A DNA stretch of 30,496 nucleotides. Origin: Pseudomonadota bacterium. GTDB lineage: Bacteria > Bdellovibrionota_G > JALEGL01 > DATDPG01. Shown here in pieces: positions 18,221-24,596 of this stretch. A model generated the notes under the pieces. The model searched no databases. It was not told where the DNA came from and worked only from the letters and a program-made list of their open reading frames with translations. The stretch is taken from assembly GCA_043804515.1 (NCBI GenBank), contig JAZDIZ010000086.1, positions 1-30,496 of the forward strand. The letters run 5' to 3'. Made by a program: the position numbers and the translations under genes. Within the stretch, counting starts at the first letter, position 1, and every line of letters begins with the position of its first letter.

Positions 18221-18226
18221 TAAGGA

Positions 18227-19231
18227 GTGCCGTACAACCCACGTTTCCGGATCACGCCCCATCTGCTGACGATCATTGAGGAAATCTCCGCGTATCGGCA
18301 GAGAGTCCTCTCCACCACGATCCAAGTGCCGTGGATTCCGATTCTCCAGAGGGATTCCCGCACCCGAACAACACATAGCTCCACGGCGATTGAGGGGAAT
18401 CCGCTCACACTCGAACAAGTAAAGGCCCTGGAAGAAGGCCGTCCGCTGCCGGAAACCGAGGGAAGAGCGCGGAGAGAAGTTCTGAATCAATTGGCTGGAC
18501 TTCGCTTCGTCGAAAAGAATCAGGGAAAAAAACTCATTACGCGCTCGGATCTGTTTCGGCTTCATAAAATCATTGCATCAGGTGTTATGGATCAGGGCGA
18601 AGCCGGTCGTTACAGAACGTTTGGAGTCCATGTCGGTCTTCATGTTCCTCCATCGGCAAAGGAAGTGCCGAATCTCATGGCAGAGTATCTTCAATGGTGG
18701 AATCAACAGGCCATGAAATGGTCCCCCGTCATCTCGTCTGCTGTTCTCCATTATCGCTTTGAAGAAATTCATCCGTTCGGCGACGGGAACGGTCGAATGG
18801 GGCGTACCCTGGCGCTCTGGGATCTTTACCGACGGGGCTTTGACACACATCACATTTTTTCGGTGGATGAGGTCTATTGGGAGAATCGGCCCCGTTATTA
18901 TGCGCAGCTGGAGGGCGTTAGAAAGCTCAAAGGCGATCTAACCGGCTGGCTTGAGTATTCGGCGGAGGCGATCCACCTCACTTTGGAGCGTGTTGTGGGG
19001 CGCATCAACCACTTGGCAGCCACGTGGACCGGCGGGAGAGTCGCACTCACCCCTAAGCAGGAGCGGCTGTTGCATGTTTTGCGAGACAGAGGAGAGCTTG
19101 CTCCAAGGGAGATTTGGATGGAACTCAAGGTGACCAAGCAAGGCGCGGCGAAGATTCTGAAACCGCTGATTATCACCGGGTTGGTTCGCCGCATCGGCAC
19201 GCGAAAATCGGGAAAATACGTCGCGGGATAA
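18227..19231 (+). CDS. Fic-domain protein (class II-like) with C-terminal HTH
   Basis: Catalytic HPFGDGNGRMGR, N-terminal inhibitory motif STAIEGN, C-terminal winged-HTH-like segment. Confidence 0.92.
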   Translation: MPYNPRFRITPHLLTIIEEISAYRQRVLSTTIQVPWIPILQRDSRTRTTHSSTAIEGNPLTLEQVKALEEGRPLPETEGRARREVLNQLAGLRFVEKNQGKKLITRSDLFRLHKIIASGVMDQGEAGRYRTFGVHVGLHVPPSAKEVPNLMAEYLQWWNQQAMKWSPVISSAVLHYRFEEIHPFGDGNGRMGRTLALWDLYRRGFDTHHIFSVDEVYWENRPRYYAQLEGVRKLKGDLTGWLEYSAEAIHLTLERVVGRINHLAATWTGGRVALTPKQERLLHVLRDRGELAPREIWMELKVTKQGAAKILKPLIITGLVRRIGTRKSGKYVAG

Positions 19232-19232
19232 G

Positions 19233-19245
19233 TGGCTCCCCGGGA
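19233..19245 (-). mobile_element. Second att-like duplicate of the tRNA-Asn 3' end (13 bp, interrupted)
   Basis: TGGCTCCCCGGGA is identical to 19455-19467. The match resumes (CGGAC, 19277-19281) after a 31-bp palindromic stretch. Confidence 0.7.
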
Positions 19246-19317
19246 TCCGCCTTCGCAGGAAGCTTCGGCGGACAGTCGGACGCACGGCCTCTCGGCCATA
19301 GCGTTGTAGGGAGAGTC
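19242..19317 (+). repeat. 76-bp direct repeat, copy 1, containing a REP-like palindrome
   Basis: Ungapped 62/76 identity (manual count) with 19606-19681; first 34 bp are 32/34 identical. Confidence 0.85.
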
Positions 19318-19417
19318 GCTCGCACCCAGCTGACGCCGGGTTCCCGCTCGGGGCTGTCTATTGGATACCGGCAACGTCGAACCGGATGGCGGTTCGAGTC
19401 ACAAGTCACAGGAGAAC

Positions 19418-19452
19418 AAAAAAGCGAAACCCGCAAGGGGCTTCGCTTTTTT
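19418..19452. terminator. Bidirectional intrinsic terminator directly after tRNA-Asn
   Basis: AAAAAAGCGAAACCC-GCAA-GGGGCTTCGCTTTTTT hairpin with A/T tails on both sides. Confidence 0.85.
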
Positions 19453-19454
19453 GC

Positions 19455-19530
19455 TGGCTCCCCGGGACGGACTCGAACCGCCGACCCGCCGGTTAACAGC
19501 CGGCTGCTCTACCAACTGAGCTACCGGGGA
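19455..19530 (-). tRNA. tRNA-Asn (GTT)
   Basis: TCCCCGGTAGCTCAGTTGGTAGAGCAGCCGGCTGTTAACCGGCGGGTCGGCGGTTCGAGTCCGTCCCGGGGAGCCA: 76-nt cloverleaf with GTT anticodon and encoded CCA. Confidence 0.97.
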
Positions 19531-19540
19531 ACGAGGCGGG

Positions 19541-19569
19541 ACAATACAAAGGCAGGCCTCAGGCGTCAA
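19541..19569 (-). promoter_or_regulatory. sigma70 promoter of tRNA-Asn
   Basis: Minus strand TTGACG-N17-TATTGT, then GC-rich discriminator CCCGCC, 10 nt before the tRNA. Confidence 0.75.
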
Positions 19570-19605
19570 TGTACGCGGGCGGCCTGGGCGGATCGCTCTT
19601 GCTCT

Positions 19606-19681
19606 GGGATCCGCCTCCGCATGAAGCTTCGGCGGACAGGTGGAGGTACGGCCCCACGGTCGTAGCGCTGTGGAGAGGGTC
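19606..19681 (+). repeat. 76-bp direct repeat, copy 2
   Basis: GGGATCCGCCTCCGCATGAAGCTTCGGCGGACAG..., aligns ungapped to 19242-19317. Confidence 0.85.
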
Positions 19682-19699
19682 CATCACACTATCCGAGCT

Positions 19700-19714
19700 T
19701 GGCACGACTTTTGA
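19700..19714 (+). promoter_or_regulatory. sigma54-type -24/-12 promoter candidate
   Basis: TGGCACGACTTTTGA versus consensus TGGCACG-N4-TTGC, with one change at -12. Confidence 0.5.
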
Positions 19715-19728
19715 TCAGGCACTGGCCT

Positions 19729-20022
19729 ATGCAAACTCATAAGAAAGAACCGACAGCAGACCCCATTGCCCGTATGTGTGACGCTTGCCAGCGTTATGCA
19801 CGGGGGGAAATGAGCATGAAACAAGTCTGGTATAGAATCCGGGGGCACGAAAATTTTCAAAGAATTCAACAGTTTCCAGACTTGAAACTGGGGGGTTGGC
19901 TTTTCGAACTCGCCTTGGATTTTCAGTCCTGGTACGGGGATTCGGACGACATCATTGACCGCACGATTCGGAAAATAGCCGAGTATCTCCGCCAAGAGCG
20001 CAAGGCAGCTTGCCTACAATAG
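19729..20022 (+). CDS. Hypothetical protein (97 aa)
   Basis: Fills the gap between the tRNA locus and the convergent gene, with natural-looking composition and a candidate promoter just upstream. No family recognised. Confidence 0.55.
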   Translation: MQTHKKEPTADPIARMCDACQRYARGEMSMKQVWYRIRGHENFQRIQQFPDLKLGGWLFELALDFQSWYGDSDDIIDRTIRKIAEYLRQERKAACLQ

Positions 20023-20059
20023 AGTACGAAATCCGGTTCGGTCGGGTTCGAAAACAGGA

Positions 20060-20935
20060 TTAAGGGTTCAGCGGAAGTCCCATGAGAGCGGCGGCTTCCG
20101 TTGCCGCTGAAAAGATCCCGCGCCGGAGAACCTCGATCATCGCGCGATTCACGTCCCCCGTTCGTTCGTCCGTGTAGATCTTCTTGATCTCGATCGGGAC
20201 GGTGAGGGCGTCGGGACACTTCTTCTCCAACGCGGCGACCACGGCGCCGTCCTTTTTGAAGATGTCGTTCTCCTTGACCTTGGAATCGGCGTTCGTCAGC
20301 CGAACCTTGGCCAGGTTCTGCGCGATTTGGTCCAGCACGGCACGGTGCTTTTTTTGATCGGCGGCCGAGGCGGCGATGTTGAATGTGGGCAGGGCCTGCT
20401 CGCGGCCCACGTATTGTTGCCTGCGGAAATTGTATGAATGCACGTCGAAAACCAAGAACTTCCCGAAGCGCGCGGTCATCTGCTCCGCAACGCAATCGAG
20501 CATCTCATAGAACTCGTCATATTTCTGGTACGAGATGTCGAGTTCTTCTTTGGATGGAGGGTGAAGCCAGACCTTCTTGCCCCAACTCTGGAAAGGCTTG
20601 AGATAAACGGATTGGTCGCGCCGGCGGTTGAGATCGTATTCATAGCGGGAATCCAGGCCGACGAGCTGGATCGGGAAATCCTGGATCATGTGTTCGGTCG
20701 CGACATCCTCGTCCTGGAGCCTTTCCGTCTCCTCGATCGTCATTTTGGAGAGCGACTCCTCGCGCAGGCGATGTCCGGCATGGACCGCCAAAGCGATGCA
20801 CGGGTCGTATCGTTTCACCCGAATCAGGGTGGTCGCGATCGGGCTGATCGCTTCGAACGGCGTCCCCGCGTCGACGTGCTTCTTGAATTCGGCCCAGGAA
20901 AAGCGGGGCAGCTTCTCGAGATAACGTTCATCCAT
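20060..20935 (-). CDS. N-formylglutamate amidohydrolase family protein
   Basis: AVHAGH, DED, SRYEYDLNR, FDVHSYN, PIEIKK motifs; start overlaps the upstream stop. Confidence 0.85.
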   Translation of the reverse strand: MDERYLEKLPRFSWAEFKKHVDAGTPFEAISPIATTLIRVKRYDPCIALAVHAGHRLREESLSKMTIEETERLQDEDVATEHMIQDFPIQLVGLDSRYEYDLNRRRDQSVYLKPFQSWGKKVWLHPPSKEELDISYQKYDEFYEMLDCVAEQMTARFGKFLVFDVHSYNFRRQQYVGREQALPTFNIAASAADQKKHRAVLDQIAQNLAKVRLTNADSKVKENDIFKKDGAVVAALEKKCPDALTVPIEIKKIYTDERTGDVNRAMIEVLRRGIFSAATEAAALMGLPLNP

Positions 20936-22022
20936 GGAACACGCTCGGAAAGAACGCCGCCGCGAGAATTTTCTTTTGTGCCATAAGTTCGCGAATCAAG
21001 GGCAAGTGGTGTACGGCCACCCGTCCGGTATAGAGCAATTGGTAATCCGTATCGGACAAGCCTTTTACTTCCTTCCTACCAGCAAGATAGATGTGGTCTT
21101 GGACAAAGCCCCCGGGCTGGGAAGTATCGTGCACACCTCGTTTACTGCGCTGGACCAGGTTAAACGCTTCTTCGGGGGGGAAGAATTCCACGAGGCCGCG
21201 GAACATGTCAAAAAAGTTCGCGGTAGGGGCCAGGCTGGCCGCGAGGACCCTGCCGGCGTACCTCCGGCGGACGTTCGGTGTGGCGAGTTTGAGGCGTTCC
21301 TCCAGTTCGACGGCCAATCCCTCCTCGGTCGCCAAGTGGCCGTCCAGGCCTATGGCAAAGGCCTTGTAAGGCTGGCGCTGGCCGTTCACGGAGCGGTACA
21401 CGTGCGTCCCGATCTCGTGCTGCAAGAGGCGGTTTACCATGGCCGGGGACACGATGATCCCGCTCTGAAGGCGTATTTTGCGATGAGCGGGGTCGGTGGA
21501 GGCCAACATGACGCCGTTCGGATCCTCCACGATGTCCCATCCGTCGATGCGGTCTTCCCGAAGTTGTTCCCTGAAACGCTCGGCAAGGCCCCGGACGCCC
21601 ACCTCCCGCGGCTCTTTCGGGGCCCGTTGTCCCTCGCGCACCATCTGGCGGGCCTCTTTGATCAAATCCGGCGCAGGCGCCCCGTAGATGCCGATCGAGC
21701 TGGCCGTGACCTTCTCGGTGCCGACGGCCTCCACGACTTCCAGCGTTCTTAGGAATTCCTGCCGCGCCCGTTCATAACAGAGATCCAGCGTTTCGATTCC
21801 GAACGTGAGGGCGCGAAGGCGTTCCTTGGATTCCCGGAGGTCCCTGGGCGGGGGGCGATACTCGAACTGAGGCTGGTACTGCTTCCGGGCGCCCCAGGCA
21901 TCCAGAAACTTCTCCCGCTCGGCCTCGCCGTTCAAGGGGGTGACGAAGTCGAAGAGATTGAAATCATGGAAAATCTCAAAAATGACGTCGTCGGCTTTTC
22001 GGACCAGATCTTCGGAATTCAT
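20928..22022 (-). CDS. DUF1704 / QEGLA-motif (MATCAP-like) metallocarboxypeptidase
   Basis: HExxxH motif HEIGTH, RSVNGQRQP, TEEGLA, RSKRG, GGFVQDHIYLAG. ATG at 22022 preferred. Confidence 0.85.
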   Translation of the reverse strand: MNSEDLVRKADDVIFEIFHDFNLFDFVTPLNGEAEREKFLDAWGARKQYQPQFEYRPPPRDLRESKERLRALTFGIETLDLCYERARQEFLRTLEVVEAVGTEKVTASSIGIYGAPAPDLIKEARQMVREGQRAPKEPREVGVRGLAERFREQLREDRIDGWDIVEDPNGVMLASTDPAHRKIRLQSGIIVSPAMVNRLLQHEIGTHVYRSVNGQRQPYKAFAIGLDGHLATEEGLAVELEERLKLATPNVRRRYAGRVLAASLAPTANFFDMFRGLVEFFPPEEAFNLVQRSKRGVHDTSQPGGFVQDHIYLAGRKEVKGLSDTDYQLLYTGRVAVHHLPLIRELMAQKKILAAAFFPSVFHG

Positions 22023-22154
22023 GTAAACTCTTGACTGTTTTGGGCGTTTCCTTACATGGCGCGGCCAAGGCTTTTCGAGCGAGGGGAGTATAGTATGCCC
22101 CGCGGCGGCTTTCCAGAAGCTCTCTGTGCCGGTTGTGCCCGCGATAGGCGGGGA

Positions 22155-22949
22155 ATGCGGTGGGTGCTGCCGGTTGCGGTGTCGATCTTGCTCTCGGTTC
22201 CGGCGCACGCCCAGAAGATTCAAACCCTGGAGGAGGAAAGCGGGGGCATCCGGATCAGCTTTGAAGTGACCGGCGACGAGTCACAGGTCCGGCAATTCAA
22301 GGCTCACGCCCTCCCGGAAACCCGGTCGATTCTCGAAGCACTGGCCTCGGACTTCGGCGTGGGGGGCGCATCCCAGGCCGCGATCTACTTCTACTCGCCG
22401 GAAACATACCATCAGAAATTCCCCAAGACCGTGGACACGCGCATGGGGGCGTTTTACGACGGAAAGGCCGTTTACGCCCGCGCCGACAACGAGCTGACGT
22501 ACGATCTGCGCCGCACTCTTCGACATGAGCTGACGCACCTGGTGCTTGCGAAGAATTTCGGCCCGTTGCCGGCGTGGCTGAATGAAGGTCTGGCGGTTTA
22601 CGAGGAGCGGCAGACGGCGCCGGATCCCGTCGATCGGGCACCCAACTCCCACGAATACAATACGATCTTCATCAACAAGCAGGACAAGAAAACCGTACCC
22701 TTCGATCAGTTGGAAAATTCCGCGATCTTCAATCGCAGCCAGGGACTGATCCCGGCGGGCGATGCGTACACGACGGCGTACATCGCCGTGTACGAATTGA
22801 TCCAAAAATCGGGGACGGACGCCATGCGGCAATATTTGGCGGCGATCGGCAAGGGGAAAAATCCGCGCGCGGAGCTTCAAGTCTATTTTGGAATCGCCTA
22901 CGAGAAAATGAACGAATTCCTGGCCCAAATCGCCGCCAAGAAATCGTGA
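22155..22949 (+). CDS. Secreted peptidase MA-clan (gluzincin) protein
   Basis: Signal peptide ending AHA, HELTH, PAWLNEGLA. Confidence 0.82.
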   Translation: MRWVLPVAVSILLSVPAHAQKIQTLEEESGGIRISFEVTGDESQVRQFKAHALPETRSILEALASDFGVGGASQAAIYFYSPETYHQKFPKTVDTRMGAFYDGKAVYARADNELTYDLRRTLRHELTHLVLAKNFGPLPAWLNEGLAVYEERQTAPDPVDRAPNSHEYNTIFINKQDKKTVPFDQLENSAIFNRSQGLIPAGDAYTTAYIAVYELIQKSGTDAMRQYLAAIGKGKNPRAELQVYFGIAYEKMNEFLAQIAAKKS

Positions 22950-22953
22950 CGGA

Positions 22954-23580
22954 ATGACGAAACAATTTCTGTCCCTGGCGCTCCTCCTTTTCCTCGCGGC
23001 CACCCCTGTCTTTGCGAAGACAAATCGAAAAATCGCGCTCAAGAAGGCGAAACCGGTGAAGGAGGAGAGGGTTCGTTTTTCGGAGTATCAGGGAGGCAGC
23101 AATTTCAGCCTGTTTCCAATCCGTTCCAAGGCCCAGCACATCGGCCCGCATCTCGTGATCTTTGACTCGCAGGAGGCGTGGGATGCCATGGTCCGGGGAT
23201 ATCCCAATACGCTGATCGTAGGGGGAGCCTCCTCCAACGACCCTTCCCGGAACGTGGATCTCACTTCCGTCTATGGAAGCCCGGATTTCTCGAAGCAGAC
23301 GTATATGGAATGGATCTGGGGGGACAAGAATTCGACCGGGTACTCGATCCGTCTTGAGAGGATCGTTCGTGCCGGAACGCTTCGGTGCTTTCTCAAAGTC
23401 ACGTCGCCGAAGGGCGGCGAGGCCGTTCGACGGGCCGCGACCACGCCCAGTTTTTCCGCCCTTGTGGATCGCGTGACGCAGAATCCCAAGATCGAAATCT
23501 TTTTAAACGAAAAAGCTACAACATTCAGCGTTGTCCGGAATCCCCCCTTGGGGCCGAGCGGATATTACGAAGTCCCCTGA
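22954..23580 (+). CDS. Secreted protein with PrcB C-terminal-like domain
   Basis: Signal peptide ending VFA; PDFSKQ...WGDKNSTGYSIRLERI and TTP motifs resemble PrcB_C. Confidence 0.65.
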   Translation: MTKQFLSLALLLFLAATPVFAKTNRKIALKKAKPVKEERVRFSEYQGGSNFSLFPIRSKAQHIGPHLVIFDSQEAWDAMVRGYPNTLIVGGASSNDPSRNVDLTSVYGSPDFSKQTYMEWIWGDKNSTGYSIRLERIVRAGTLRCFLKVTSPKGGEAVRRAATTPSFSALVDRVTQNPKIEIFLNEKATTFSVVRNPPLGPSGYYEVP

Positions 23581-23601
23581 ACAGGGGCGCCTTAAGGACG
23601 C

Positions 23602-24399
23602 CTAAAAGCAGGACGCTCCGTCTTCGTGAATCACATGCCCGTTCTCATTGGCCATATCCGCCGAGAGCACGTTCGTTCCGTCGGGGAAGGAGATGCACTG
23701 ATTGTTCCCGGCCACGCTGTATCTCAAGCCGAACGACGGCACAAAATCGATCTCCAAGGAATTGTTTCCGCCGGTTCCGGAATCCAGGTCCACGATTTGA
23801 GCCGAGCAAGTGCCGTCCAGGAACTCGATGTTTCCCTGGCCGGCGAGGCCTTCGTTGCAATAGCCGACGCTCATGGCTGCGTTGGAAAAATTGATCCGCG
23901 AGCCGTTGCCCGTGTGGCTGTTCACGATGATCCGGTCCACGGTCACATTGGAGAAGTCGTACGTGGTCGTGCCGGAATTGAAGCCATTCACGAGGAAATT
24001 GGTGAAGCTCGCGCCGACCTCATCGTGCACATTGATGGTCCCCGAACGCACGGGAAGATACTTGGTGGAGCCGATACCGAAGACGCAGTCCGCGCCGCTT
24101 CGGATGAATGGCGTGGGTGTGGGCGTAGGTGTGGATCCCGGCTGCGTGGGGAGAGGTGTCGGCGTCGCCGTGATGATGACGATCACGTCGGGCGTACCGT
24201 CACCGTCCGTGTCGATCCCGCTGGTCCCGCCTGGATTCACGATAACCACGCAGGTTCCTGACGCCTCACACTGATCCTGAACCTGGCCCAGCACTTCCTG
24301 GATGCTTCGGCTGAATTGCATGTTACTGGAGCAATTCCAAATGAGGGCGAGGAACAGGCCAGAGATAAATACGGGAATCCAAAAACGACGAGATGCCAT
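23602..24399 (-). CDS. Hypothetical lipoprotein with Pro/Thr linker
   Basis: Signal peptide with lipobox-like IWNC, DTDGDGTPD motif, TPTP linker, Cys-containing beta-rich C-domain; SD GGGAGG before ATG 24399. Confidence 0.7.
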   Translation of the reverse strand: MASRRFWIPVFISGLFLALIWNCSSNMQFSRSIQEVLGQVQDQCEASGTCVVIVNPGGTSGIDTDGDGTPDVIVIITATPTPLPTQPGSTPTPTPTPFIRSGADCVFGIGSTKYLPVRSGTINVHDEVGASFTNFLVNGFNSGTTTYDFSNVTVDRIIVNSHTGNGSRINFSNAAMSVGYCNEGLAGQGNIEFLDGTCSAQIVDLDSGTGGNNSLEIDFVPSFGLRYSVAGNNQCISFPDGTNVLSADMANENGHVIHEDGASCF

Positions 24400-24596
24400 G
24401 GGAACCTCCCTATCCAATAAGGGAAACATGCATATTATGCGCCAGATAGTAGCACAGATAACCATCTGAAAGCACGAATATTTTTCGCCTTGACGGCAGG
24501 GCAGTCAACAAAAGATACCGCAATTTTTGCGTACCCCCGTGCACAATGTAGCTTGCCTCGGATCTACGCATCTCGTAGGTTTCTCATCCGTCGTTC

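Noticed and set aside
19318..19454. HDV-like (theta) ribozyme in the tRNA trailer
   Set aside because: An intrinsic terminator directly follows the CCA, and I could not build the nested double pseudoknot.
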